Part shown: piece after piece, positions 15,396 to 35,181 of the stretch | Numbering within the stretch: position 1 is the stretch's first letter | Layout of the letters: every line of letters begins with the position of its first letter | NCBI RefSeq assembly: GCF_009914755.1 | Contig: NC_060941.1 | DNA from: the human T2T-CHM13v2.0 reference genome, Homo sapiens | Length of the DNA stretch: 64,000 nucleotides | Strand: one strand, 5' to 3' | Translations under genes and position numbers: made by a program | The notes under the pieces: generated by a model | What the model saw: only the letters and a program-made list of their open reading frames with translations | What the model was told of the DNA's origin: nothing | Database searches by the model: none

Positions 15396-16600
15396 CCCCA
15401 CTGTGAAACTACTGATCTGGGGACAACAGACCAATGCACACAGCAGGCTCTCCAATACTAGGGGTCGGTGCAGGGACACCTCCCAGATTCTAGAGCATTC
15501 CACAGTGTCATGATGCTTCCTCCTGTCCTTCCTGAGTACAGCAGACTCTTCCCCTAGACTTCTGTCAGAGGCTAATTCATTTCCTACGGGAAAAGACATC
15601 CTAAAATTTGAGTCTGGGGCTTTTGTTCATTCCCTTTTGTTGGAATTCCCTATTTTTACACCAGTCATCCAGTATCTTTATATTCAAAGGGAAAACACAA
15701 TAAAAATACTTCCAGTTTGCCAGTAGCCAGAATCAGGTTAGCTCATGTATCTAGGTTTGCAAAGCTGCCCAGGACCTTTGTTCAGTGTGGCCCTGTGTGT
15801 GGCTGCCTTAGTCTACCCACTGGCCTGTCTGCCCACCCATCCCTGGCTGGCCTGCCCTATCTTCAGCGCCTATAGCCCTCAGCTCCACTTCCTATTAATA
15901 CAAACCATGTGGGACCCTCACTGTGGCGTCTCCAGGCAAAAGATGAAGCCACAGCCGCCTAGTGGCTGCCAGGGAGGCTGGCAGGAAGGGGCATCTCTAC
16001 CCGGCGTCTCCTGGGAAACAGCGAGCTCCCCAGAGAAGGGACATTTGGAAATAAAATTTCTGCCGTTGTGTGTCAATGTGTGTGTTGAGGCAGGAGAGGG
16101 AGTTAAGAAGCCTCCCCAGCCCCTCTGTTCCTTTCTCCTCAGGAAAAGCCTCTTGGAGCAACTCTCCCACTGCCTCCCAAAACTCCAGCCCCTTGTAGGC
16201 TCTCCTGGGACTGGACAAGTGGCTGAAAATGTTCCTTCAGATTCATGATGCAGGTGAAGAAGAGCACTGGACTGAGAGTCAGAGGCCCCAGTTCTGAGCT
16301 TCCTGACTTACCCCGTGGCTCTGGCCTGTTATACCTCCCTTTCTGAGTCCTAAGTTCCTCCTCTGTAAAATGAAATTTTTTCATCATTCCTGGTCTCTAC
16401 ATTGGGCCTCCTCCACAAAGTCCAGGAATATAGTTGGGGCATTCTAGGCCATTCTTTCCTATACTTAGGACAGATAACTAATAGAAGCTTATAATTCCTA
16501 GAGTGACCTTGACTCTAGGAATTCTACAGCGACCTTGAATGAGCCAGGGCCCTTCACCTGCCCATGCATTCATTCAGGCATTTGTAGGTGCCTTTTGAGA

Positions 16601-16640
16601 GTGAAGTCTGTGCTAAGAGGGTGAAGTCTGTGCTAAGAGG
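16601..16640. repeat. Perfect 20-bp tandem duplication
   Basis: GTGAAGTCTGTGCTAAGAGG x2. Confidence 0.95.
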
Positions 16641-16657
16641 GTCTAAAGCTGCCCCAA

Positions 16658-17579
<922 letters not shown>

Positions 17580-18319
17580 AGCTGCCCAAATTTTTATGAA
17601 AGAGGCATCTCAGCTTCCTCTTGCTGTCCTGTACCAGAGGTCAGCTGCATGCCACATTCCTTCCATGATGACCCCCTTCATGAGGAGCTGGAGGGACTAG
17701 GAACCTTCTCTTCCCCTAGTGTCCAAAGCCAACCTAAGGGAGAAGCCATGGTGTCTCCTGGGAAATAGAGGTGGGGGTGATGTCCCTGCCCCCTCCCCTC
17801 TCACTCCCACCTATTTCCCTTTGCTCTTTCTTGCTCTTGATAGTCAAGCCCCACTCCTAGCCCAATCCACTGCTCTCCTGTAAAATTATGGGATGTCCAA
17901 ATTAGAGACAGGAGCCCTTTGGAACCACAGGCAGAGGTCAGAGGCGCCCTAGTAAAAGCAAGTGGCTCTCTCCCAGCTGGAGGCCCCCTCTTGGTCTCAC
18001 CTCCTAGAGCTTCCCTTCCTCAAGAGACTCCACCTTCTAGGCAGGTTGGGGATTGCTGAGAGGGCCCTCCATGCAGGAGACAACCCCCCACAACTTGGAG
18101 GAGACAGAATAGCTCTAGGGAGGAGGAGGGCCATGGTCCCTGCAGAGACCCAGGGGCCCAGGCCTCCTTCCTTCCCATCTTGTGGCTTCTCAGCCCTTGA
18201 TCTACATTGAAGGAAGGGTCAGGCAGTGGGAAGTCGGAGAGAGGAAGGGGAATGAGGGGGAATGGGGGACGCTCAGAAGCAGGGAGAGGTCCTGGAGATC
18301 TGGATTCTGACTTGTCACC

Positions 18320-18520
18320 TTTACTGGGCATCTACTGTGTGCCAGGCTCTGTCCCAGTTTTACATAGATTATGTCATTTAGCCCTCAGCCCAGCGCTGTG
18401 CTGTGGCATTATTATTCTGCTCTGACAGAGAAGGAAACTGAGACTCAGAGGCCTTATATAACTTGCCCAAGGTCACACAGCTTGTCAGGAGTGAAGCCAG
18501 AATCCTAGCCCAGGTCTGTC
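18320..18520 (-). mobile_element. MIR
   Basis: GGAAACTGAGACTCAGAG...ACTTGCCCAAGGTCACACAGCT. Confidence 0.8.
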
Positions 18521-19729
18521 GGCCTCCATTGGGTTCTCCCTGCTGCCAAAAAGTCCTCCTCCTGGAAAAGCAGGTCTGGGGTTGGGGTTTTCAGTTGGAG
18601 CTCATCAGGATCCCCAGAGGCAAAGCTATTGTCATCTGCCTTCCTCCTCCTCACCCATCTGCCAGGCAAGTCGCAGGTGAGCCCCCACCACCATGGCCCC
18701 TGCCCTAGCCCCAGGTGCCAGCACTGCTTTGCCTGGCTCCCACCCTCTCCCTGGTGCCCCCAAGGTGGCTCTGAGGTCACCCCACACCCCAGTGCCTCCA
18801 TTCTGCATTTCTACATCTCCGAATGCTTGGGAAAAACAGAAGGAGAGAGGAGGTCAATTGAAGGTTGGAAATGTGGACTCTGACTATAGGTAGAGCATTC
18901 GGGGGCCTGGTTATCTTCCTCAGTTCAAATGAACCCTTTCCCCAACTCCCACCCCCTCACCCCCAGAGACAGCCAGAGCTTTGCTTAGTTAATGAAATAC
19001 AAAAGAAGGAATCAGGGGTGGGGGGTGGCTCCAGAGCCCTGGAAAGCGAGGGAGAGAGAAAAAGTTGGGTCTCTTCCAAAGAGTTAATGTTCCACAGTAT
19101 GATCGATTAGGTGTCAGATGTAATTTCAAACCAATACAAGATGAATGGCATAATTTTCCCTCTCTCATTTTAGACAGAATTAAGAATCCATTAGCTAACA
19201 CAAATTTTTGGCAAGTTTAATAGGAGCTCAAATCTACATTCGGAGGAAATGCTCCCCAAAGCCTGTTTCAAGCTTTTACTTCTCAGGCCCCCTGCCTCCA
19301 ACGTCCTCTTACCAACTCACTGTTGTCTGTCCACCCACCAACCCCTCCTCCCCCGCCGCATGCAGCCCCCACTCCCTTCCTCTGGTCCCCCTACATGCCC
19401 CTCCCCAAGCCAGCCCAAGATTAACTGGCCTGACCTCTCTCACAAAGGCCGGGCCTGCCCACCATTGTCTTTCAGTGGCAATGGGTGGGGGAAATGGGTG
19501 GAGGGGCTGGCAGTGGGCCCAGGAGAGGGGAGAGGTTGCTGAATTGGCCCTAGGCTGCAGACAAACCCTAGGGAGAGGGGTATATTGGGGCCTTGGGCAG
19601 TTTGAGTCTCAGCTACTCCTCAGTTTCACCTCCAGAAAAGTTGTTTTTGTCCTCAACAAAGCATTACCCAGTTCATAGGGAGGACACGAGCCCCATCCTT
19701 GTTGTCTCTTATAGTTACATACATTAATT

Positions 19730-20425
19730 CACAGAGTTAACCTGAGGTAGGAAGAACAGCTATCATCCCATTGCATACATGAGGAAACTGAGGCTCAGAG
19801 GGTTGGACTTTGGCTCTGCTGTTTGCTCTCTTACTAGCGCCAGAAGGCACTTACCTCTGGGCCTTAATTTCCTCATCTATGAAATGGGAAGAACATTTAG
19901 TAACCAGCTCATAGGATTATCCTAAGGAACAAATGAGATGGTACACATCAGAGCTTTAGCACAGAGCCTAGCACATTAGGAGCGCTTTCATGACTGCCCA
20001 CCCAGGCAGAGGTGCCGCGTGTCCGCCCTACGCCAGCTTTGTGCTGGGGTTGAGACCTGGAACACAGCCTGAATCAGCTCTAGCCTCAGCCCGTCAAATT
20101 CACAGCCTGGTAAGGGAGACAGACATGCGGACTGACCCCTGCCCTGGAAGACAAAAGAGGCTGGAAAAAGAATTATGGTGGCTTACCCTTACTAGGCATT
20201 TATGGTATGCCAAATATGGGAGCAAATCCTTTGTATATAGTAACATGTTTACTCCTCACAACCACCTTATCAGATAGATACTATTATCATCACCCCCATT
20301 TTCCAGATCAGGGAACTGAGGCCCAGAGAAATGAAGTAACTTGCCCAAGATCACCCAGCTACCAAATGGCAGAACTAAGATTCCAATTCAGGCAGCCTGA
20401 TTCTAAGGCGTGTGGCTCTTAACCC
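19730..20425. mobile_element. Cluster of MIR remnants in both orientations
   Basis: MIR cores at ~19770 (-), ~19870 (+) and ~20300 (-). Confidence 0.7.
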
Positions 20426-20474
20426 CAATGGATGGTGAAGCATGAGGATGTGATAGACCCTGCTTGGGGTCTAG

Positions 20475-20820
<346 letters not shown>

Positions 20821-21617
20821 TGAACTAGGTCTTGACTGATGAGTTGGAGTTTGCTAGGTGGGCAAGGAGAGAAAGAGCATTCTAGGCGGCAAGAACAGCA
20901 TGTGCAAAAGCACCGAAAGGAGGCTCAGCATGGGAGGCAGTGAGTAACGCGCTTCTTCACCAAAACATGGGGTTCGTGCGGAGGATGGCAGGAAACAAGG
21001 TTGGATAGGCAGGCCTGATGCTTCATTCTGACAATCCTCGGCAAGTTGGGAAGTTCTTCCTATTGTCTGACTCCTACAGACAGCTTTGCATGCTGTGCTC
21101 AAGAACTATGATTTAAATCACGTTGTCATAATAATAGGCATAGCTAGCATCTCTCGTATGCCAAATGCTTTATATTGATTATCTTGTTTCTCCTTTACAA
21201 TAACCACATGAACCAAGTACTATTATCCCATTTTTCAGATGAGCAAACAGAGGCTCGGAGATGCGAAGTAACTTGGCCCGAGAGAGACAGCTAGAAAGTG
21301 ACAGAGCTAAGTTTCAAACCCAGGTCTGACACCAAGCCCAAACTCTTAATCGCTTGCTTGCTGTGTGCTGGTAGGCAATGGGGGAACTTTGGAGGAATTT
21401 TCAGCAGTGAATTGAATTTTAGAAAAAGAATTCTGGCAGAGTGTAGAGGTTGGATTGGAACAGGGTGAGACTGGAGGCAGAGAAGCCAGCCGTGAAACTG
21501 TTTCTCTTGTCCAGATGAAAGTTCCAGATGGAGAACGATGGGAGGAAAGGCCCTTCCTTATCCATGGGGATGAAAGAGAGGGCCTTTTGGAGCCCAAGGA
21601 ATAATAATCATACTATA

Positions 21618-22304
<687 letters not shown>

Positions 22305-22760
22305 TAAAAATAAGTGCTTACTCTGTGCCAGTGAGCCATTTCCAACTTGCACATGCTGCAAAGCAGATATTATTAGCCCCATTTAACAGATGAGAAAGCT
22401 GAGGCTCAGAGAAGTTGACCAACTTCAGAGCCAGGACTGGCCTAAAGCCCCAGCCTTTCCCTTCTACCACACTGCCATAAGGTGATTGGGCCATACATTA
22501 GAAGTCAGCTCTTCCCTCTCAACCTGGCTTAATATTCCCTGGGTACATATGGAGCTGGTCCTTATTTTGGCCCCAGCAAATGGCATTGAGCTGAGGGAGG
22601 TAGAAAAGGGATGAGGGGGAGTGGAGAAGGGAAACTGGAGAGGAATGAGGTCTGGAGTTCGGAGGATCTATTGCTGACTATTCAGGAAGACGTAAAGGAA
22701 GGCACACAGGAAGATTAGTGGATTTAATTCTCTTAGCCCTTAAGAGGAGAAGACACCTCT

Positions 22761-23086
<326 letters not shown>

Positions 23087-23269
23087 TCATTTCCTAACTT
23101 TTGGTAAATCCTTCCAGCTGTCTAACTCCTATCCCTCCTAATAGAGTCACAAACCACCCCAGTTGCCAGTTTTAAGGAAGAGCTCCTATCCATGCTCCCT
23201 ACCATGAGGGCATACTTCATCCTTTCTTGTGGAGTAGGAGGTAAGGAGATGGGGGAGTATTCCACCTAC

Positions 23270-23385
23270 TTTTATTTTTTGAGATGAGGTTTTGTTGTGT
23301 TGCCCAGACTGGTCTGAAACTCCTGGGCACAAGTGATCCTCCCACCTCAGCCTACCAAGTAGCTGGGACACAGGCATCGTGCCAG
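23270..23385 (-). mobile_element. Alu monomer (FLAM-like)
   Basis: Single-arm Alu sequence. Confidence 0.75.
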
Positions 23386-23807
23386 CTCATCTACTTACTT
23401 TTATATCAATTAATACCCAGAGGAAGCTAGGTTCCCAGAGTATTCCACCAAAAAGGAGGAAATGACCAACTCCTGCCCCAGTAGAGAGAAGACAGAGAAT
23501 GCTTGGCACCAGGTGGGTCTCATCGCCTGCCCCTCAAGAATGGTTGCCACTTTTGAGATCCTTGATCCCCATACCTTTATTATTGAGTCCATTCATCTAC
23601 TCGCTCCACATTTATTTATTGGGCACCTAATATGTACCTGGTCTTGTCCTAGGTGCAGGGAGTGCTACTAAAAACAACCCCCAACCCCAACCAAGGAGCT
23701 TGTGTATGAAGTGGGGGGAGATAGACAATGAACATAATAAATGTGTAGAATACATAGTGTGTTAGATGGTGAAACATATACGAAAAAAGAAAAAACCAAG
23801 GAAGGTG

Positions 23808-24132
23808 GGCCAGGTGTTGTGGCTAACACCTGTAATCCCAGCACTTTGGGAGGGGGCTGAGGGGGGCAAATCACTTGAGGTCAGGAGTTCTAGACCAGCC
23901 TGGGCTAAGATGGTGAAACCTATTTCTACTAAAAATACAAAAAAAAAAAAAAAAGCTGGATGTGGTGGTGGTGCATGCCTGTAGTCCCAGCTACACAGGA
24001 CGCTGAGGCAGGAGACTCACTTGAACCCGGAGAGGTGGAGGTTGCAGGGAGTGGAGATAACACCCCTCCACTGCAGCCTGGGCAATAGCGCAAGACTCTG
24101 TCTCAAAAAAAAAAAAAAAAAAAAAAAAAAAA
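23808..24132 (+). mobile_element. Alu inserted in an L2 remnant
   Basis: Full dimer; flanks resemble reverse-oriented L2. Confidence 0.9.
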
Positions 24133-24568
24133 GGAAGAAAGGAAAAGCAGTACAGTTTTGAATGGGGCAGCCAGGAAAAGACTCTTAGAGAAGGTGCTAT
24201 TTTAGTATGGATCTGAAAGAGGTCAGATATCTGGGGAAGAACTTTCCTATCAAAAAGAACAGCCAGTGCAAAGACCCCGAGGCAATAGCTTTCCCAGAGT
24301 GTCTGGAAGAGGGAATGAGCAAGGGGAAGATTGAAGGAGTTGAGTCCAGAGAACCCTAGGGTCAGACTGTCTAGGGCCTTCAGGTTTTCATTCTGAATGA
24401 AAAGGTACACCACTTGAGGGCTCAGAGTTCTAGGCAGAGGAGTGACATCATCTGACTTAGTATTTAAAAATCATTCCAGTTGCCTAGGGCTGAGGTATTG
24501 GAAGGCAGGTGGAGAGAGACTGCTAATGGGATGGGCTTCTTATTAGAGTGCTGAAAATGCTCAGAATT

Positions 24569-26512
<1,944 letters not shown>

Positions 26513-26875
26513 TGTCGTACATATTAAATGGGTGACTTATATCTCAACAAAGCTGTTCTGTTTTTTAAAAAGTCACTCTGACTGTTGCACTGAGAATAGA
26601 CTATAGACAGGAGTGGATCAAGGGCAGAAACTGGTCATCCAGGAGAGAGGGAAGGCAGTGGGTAGCAGTGGAGGGACAAATGCGCTGATTCTGGATTTAT
26701 TTTGAAGGCAGAGCAGACAAATTCCCTGATGAATCAGATGTGGGATATATAAGAACATAAACTAGAATAGTTGAAGAACTGGAGTTCTGGAAAGGAGGAA
26801 GGGCTGGCCTGAAGGCATGGGCCTTCAAGGGCAGCGCTGAGATTGCCCTTAGAATTTAGGTTCTAAGACCCTGGC

Positions 26876-27207
26876 TTTTTATTTTTTACTGATTGATTGA
26901 TTGATTGCTTGATTGATTGATTTAGAGATGGGGTCTTGCTCTGTTGCCCAGGCTTGAGTGCAGTGGTGCAGTCTTGGCTCATTCAACCTCTGTGTCCCGG
27001 GTTCAAGCGATTCTCCTGCCTCAGCCTCCGAGTAGCTGGAATTACAGGTGTGTGCCACTAGGCCTGGCTAATTTTTTTTGTATTTTTAGTAGAGACTGGG
27101 TTTCACCATGTTGGCCAGGCTGGTCTTGAACTCCTGACCTGAAGTGATCCACCTGCCTCGGCCTCCCAAAGTTCTGGGATTACAGGTGTGAGCCACGGTG
27201 CCCGACT
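26876..27207 (-). mobile_element. Alu with (TTGA)n tail
   Basis: TSD GACCCTGGCTTTT. Confidence 0.95.
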
Positions 27208-28285
27208 GACCCTGGCTTTTTAATATGAATTTTAACCCTATTATATTTCAGAACATCTCTGAGCATCAGTTTCCTCAGCTTGTACTCAATCAGCTGCAGA
27301 GACTGATGGGGACAGACCTGACTCCTATAAGGTGCTTGTGGAGCATTCACTCCATTCCTATCCTCTTCTTTTCTGGCCTTCTAACTGAGACTGCTCTGAA
27401 CCAGGGGCCCAGGAAAGAATGAGGGGGAGGAATATGGCAGAACTTAGGTCCCAAAGGGAGTACTGGGCAGGGGGCTTGGGCATTGTTCCTAGTTATCTGA
27501 TTCCTGCAGTGGGGAAAGAAGTGGAGGACATTGCCCATCGCCCTTGAGCCTGACCCATCCATGGTCACCCTGGCTCCTGTGCCTCCACCTTCCCTGGGGG
27601 CAGAAGGACTAGTGCCTTACACATTTGGGGTTGGCAGAAGATTATCTTGGAGCCAGTTCTCTTCAACCTAGTGGGAGATTCTAGGAAGGCATTAATTACC
27701 ACCTTCCTGCTGATGCTCGGTTAATGCGATGATTCAAAAGGTGTATTTTTCAATTACATTTAATGAAAAGATTTATAGTCAAGTAAAACATAATTAGGAG
27801 GCTGCCAGCAGACTGGTCTCCTGAGAGGAAGAAAGGTGGGACCAAGTCCTAATGAGGCAGGTTGGAGCCCAGGCCAGAGGACCTACTTATCCTTCCCTAC
27901 CCCTCTTCAAAGATGCCGAAGCATTCATCAATTCCGACATTCAACCCACATTTATAAGTACTTATTCCATGCTGGGCCCAGAGTGTACAATGGAAACAGA
28001 ATAAACACTATGATCCCTGCCCTCAGAGAGCTTACACACGAGGAGAGGGGGCCAACCAAAAAAACAAAAAAACAAAAACAGCTGACAGTTTAACAAAGTG
28101 CTGCAAGTGCTGCAAAGAAAATAACAGGATGCTGAACTAGAGAATACCTGGGGGATCTGCCTTGGGCAAAGAGATCAGACAGTGTTTCGGGGTGAAGGGG
28201 CAAGCTGAGATTGGAAAGATAGAAATGAGTCAGCCAACCCAAGAGCGGGAGGTAGTTGAGGGAATTGGTTCTCAGAAAGCAGCCC

Positions 28286-28545
<260 letters not shown>

Positions 28546-28847
28546 CTAGGATGGGGCTCTTAGTGTTTGCAAAATGGAAGGAAAAGCCAGTGAGGCTGGT
28601 GCAAGGAGAGGGAGCAGGAGAGACAGAAAAGGACACCAGGAAGGGAGGCAGGGACCATGATTACAATCAGGTTTGAATTCTTTCATCACCCCAAGAAGCA
28701 ACTATACCCATTCAAAATTACTCCCCATTTTCCTCCACACCCCCAAGCTTTAGGCAACCAGAGTTATTTTATTCTATATGCTAAGGACTGGGGGTTTTAA
28801 GCCAGGGAGTAAAATGACCCAGCCTATATTTTTAAAAGATTGCCTCA

Positions 28848-29365
<518 letters not shown>

Positions 29366-29475
29366 TTAAAGGTGACTCGGGTTTCTGTCTTGAACTGGGT
29401 GCTGCCATTTATTGAAGTGGGGAAGCCAAGAGGAGAAGCATATGGAAAGACATGTGGATAAAGAATTCAGATTTG

Positions 29476-30559
<1,084 letters not shown>

Positions 30560-32087
30560 TAGCTTTTTTACATGTCTAACTTCCATTCTTCCTGCTATTC
30601 TTGGAAATGCATCTCTCTAGTTTGGAGAGGGAATTTTGGAGAGAGAATTCTGTCATTCTCAGTTCCCTTTAACTGTCTAAGTTCCTGAAATTCTACCACA
30701 AAATTCATACTATACTCGTATTCATTGAGTACCCACTATGGGTCAGATACTATGCTAGAAGCGTTGGCTACATTATTTCGTTAAATCTTGCTGACCACTC
30801 TTTCCACAGTATTAATAATACAATAATAATAACAGTAGTAATAAAACAATAATAGTGACCACTTAATGAAAACTCACTTGAACTAAGTGCTTTACATTAA
30901 TTGTCATTTTAAAATCTCATTGGGAAATAACCTACCCAGGGTCAAATAGCCAGTTAGGAATGGGATGAGAAACCTGGACTTCTCTCCAGTACACCAGACT
31001 CTCTTGGGGGATGAGGACTTTGGCTGCATGGGTGGAGGAAGGGCAGAGGCATTGTGATGCCTTTCTCTTCCTTCTCATTTATTCTTTCAAATGGAGCACA
31101 GAGGCAGCAATATCTTTCCAGACTTCCTTGGGTGCAGAGGGCAGGCACCCCTGATGACAACTCCAGGGCCTGCCCTTTGCTGGGGAAATGTGACCATTTC
31201 TTGGGGAGGGCACAGCTCTCACAAGACTTACCAGACCCTTAGAGCAGTTGCCTGGTGTCATAGGAGGTAGGTTCCCATCTGTGTAGTGCAGGATCCTGCT
31301 CTGTGATACAAAAGGCTGATTCTTGTATTCATCCTCTGAGGATGGCTTTGGTGTTTGTGCAGGTGCATTTACCCTTCTGTATATGTGTGTGTGCATTTGT
31401 GTAATAATTGGTGTGCAAAGGACCAGGTGATTTGCACACATGCATGCAAGTCAGAACAGCCTGGATTCTGTGCATTTCTCTCAGGATATGTGTGTGTGAA
31501 GGGATGATTATCTGGTTGTCTGGGGCCTCAGAAAGGCAGGTAACTTGTAAATTTCCTCAAGCATGTGCTGGTGGGTGGAGTTCCCACAGGATGGAAAAAG
31601 GGGCTGGCCCCAGAGTTGAGTTCTGAGCTCAGCTCTCCACCTCTTCCTGCCCGTCTCCAGCTCGCTGCCTCCCCCTACTTTTCCCCAAGCTGGGCAGAAT
31701 GCCCTCAGCCTGTGCCGGCTGGCACACATGCCACATGGTGCCTGGCGCGCGTCTGGGCAAGGATGACGCCCCCAGGACCGGCTGGGATACCAAGCCACCC
31801 GCTGCCTCCCCCACCTCCAGAACGGAGCGTCCCCATCCCATCCCCTTTCCCAGCCAGGGACTCGGGGAGCAGGCAGGGACACAGCACAGACAGATACAAA
31901 CACACAGATGCACCCAGAGACGCCCACAGGCGTGTGCCCCAGAGGGACACAGACACAGGCGTTCACACAGGCTCGGGTACACACACGCACGCTCACACCC
32001 CCCCAGAGAAATTTATGAGTGGTCACCACTTGCACGGATCCAGACAGAACCTGACCCGCCTAGGACATTTAGGCAAATCCACCTGGT

Positions 32088-32108
32088 GTCTCTGTCCGTG
32101 GTGCTGAA
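32088..32108 (-). promoter_or_regulatory. RE1/NRSE element (REST binding site)
   Basis: Minus strand TTCAGCACCACGGACAGAGAC versus consensus TTCAGCACCACGGACAGCGCC: 19/21 identical with canonical spacing. Confidence 0.9.
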
Positions 32109-33472
32109 ACAAGAATGTTTGAACGTCCTCCCTATGGAAGCACTAACAGGAAGTAGAAGGGAGAAAAAGACCTGGGAATGGGTGGTGGACAAAAAAGAAG
32201 CAATGGAGGAGAAAGAAGAGAGGGGAGAGAGAAATCTGGTGGTAAGGGAGATAGAATGTAAAGGATTCCAGGAGGACCAAGGACTGTCTGAACCCTGGGA
32301 CTAGGAGAGGAAGAAGAGGATGGAAGATGATCTCAGCCCCATCCCTGTCCCCTGAATGTGTGGCTCCTGTGGCCTCCAGTTACTCCTTCCATATGCCACC
32401 TTGCCCTAGATGACCTGAAAATAGTAGGGAAAGGAGATGGACCTGGGAAAGCCCTATAGTGGACCTGCAGATAGCTCCCTACCTGATTACTTATCTCAAT
32501 TTGTGTTGGGCAAGTGGACAACACTGTTGATCTGGATTTGTTCTGGGGATTGCAGGGATTTAGTGACTGCTTAATGCTTATCCATCAGATTGGATTATGG
32601 GTTCCTTTTGCTGTCTCCTGAGGAAAAAACAACAACAACAACAACAACAACAAAAAAAACAAAAAAAAAAAAAAACTTCCCTTCAGAGAGATTGCATCCC
32701 TAATAGGGATGGCTCTCCCATCAGCAGCCCCTTAGTTGTGGAATTTATGTAACATGAGGAATGCCCACTCTTCTGGTGGGGAGACATCTTCAAGGACTGA
32801 AGGGGTTATCATATAACTAGGTGGAAGGGGATAAGGGAAGACGGGAGAGAGAAAAAAGAGAAAAGAGAAGGAGAAAGAATGTGTGTGATGGATGAGAGGA
32901 TGAAAGAAGGAAGGAAAGAGGGAGGAAGAGGGTGGAGATGCAGATGGCAAGAGTAAGGCAGGGCTTGAGTGAACCAGACAGACTCCTGTGTCCAGGGAAG
33001 GGGCAGGGAAAGTGTGCCAGTTGGAGCAAATTGCTCCCCTCAAGTGTCCCAGGGGCCCAGATAAGACTGGAATTCCAGCCTAGTCCTGCAGCTGTTCACA
33101 GTGGCATTCTTCACCCAGAGCTTTGGGCAAAAAGACCCTGTGGGCCAGGACTACCGATGTGAGGAGCAGCTGCTCTGGCGAGGAAGGTGAGGTCAGATGC
33201 AGTCAAGTGCATGTGTGGTTTCCTCATGGGTGGGGTGAGGACAGTGGGTGTCTCCTGGGGTGTTTCCACCTATTCATATGTAAGCAGTGGCAGGAGGCAG
33301 ATGCCACATGCTTGGGTAGGCCCTGGAGAGTGGGTACTGGGTTAATTGAGGATGAGGAGCAGGCAGAGGAAAAGGAAGAAGAGAGCAGAGGGAGAGGAGT
33401 AAGTAGGAAGAAAAGGATATTGGATCGTCTTCTAGAAAGTTCTGGACCTTCTGTTATTCTCTTTTCTTCCTA

Positions 33473-33832
<360 letters not shown>

Positions 33833-33896
33833 CTACCTCAGTGTCTTTGTCTGTGGTATAAGTATAATGACAGTCCCAAGCTCATAGGGTTGTTGA

Positions 33897-34349
<453 letters not shown>

Positions 34350-35046
34350 TAACTAGACCTTCTTGCTATGCCCTTAGGTTCAACACTTTTAGGTCTTCCT
34401 TTGCACACATGGAGGACTGTGATTTCTTAGATCTTCAAATTTACTCCTGAAGAGAGGCAGCCAAGAGGTTTTCTGGAATGCAAAGCGAATACCCCATGAT
34501 AAGAAAAGTCTAGGGTACAGGTCACTGAGTTTTCCCACCAGAGGCTGTCACGGAGGTTTTCCTGGATTCCTGAAGAAATTGGACCCTGGACCTACATCAG
34601 TGCCTCCCTATCCAGCCTGGAGCCTCAGCCATCTGCCCCATGCAGTGCTCCTGTCCGGGCCCCACCCAAGCCTGTGTGGGTTTGGGTCATTTCTTCCAGA
34701 CTCCTCTTCCAATCCCAATTCCTTCTCTTCATTCACTTTCTTCAACTCACCCTCTGCTCCTTTCTTGTCCCTTTTCTTATTCTCAGGAATCTAGTTGGAA
34801 GGAAAGGAATTCCCTCACTACTTAGAGTGGGATTCCCCCACCCTGCATGGGCAGAATGGATGGTCTCCTGCTGGAGGTCAAAGAAGCATGTGGAGACTGG
34901 CCTAGGAGGGGCGAGGGGTGGCAGGGCAGTCCCCATGTCCCCCTATTCTCCCCAGCTCCTGTCTCATCACTGTCACCATTCAATCATAGCAGATGGGCTG
35001 CAGCTGTGAGCGCCAGCCCGGCACACAGGCTGGTCCGTGCCACTTG

Positions 35047-35181
35047 GGAGAGAAGGAAGAGAAAGGGAGGGAGGGAAGGAGGAGGGATGAAGGGAGGAGG
35101 GAGAGAGGAAAGGGAAGAAGAGGAGGAGGAGGAAAGGAAAGAGAGTGGAGGAGGAGAGAGATGGCTTGGAAAGAAAGGAGA
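35047..35181. repeat. Polypurine (GA-rich) low-complexity tract
   Basis: About 130 nt, almost entirely G/A. Confidence 0.85.
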
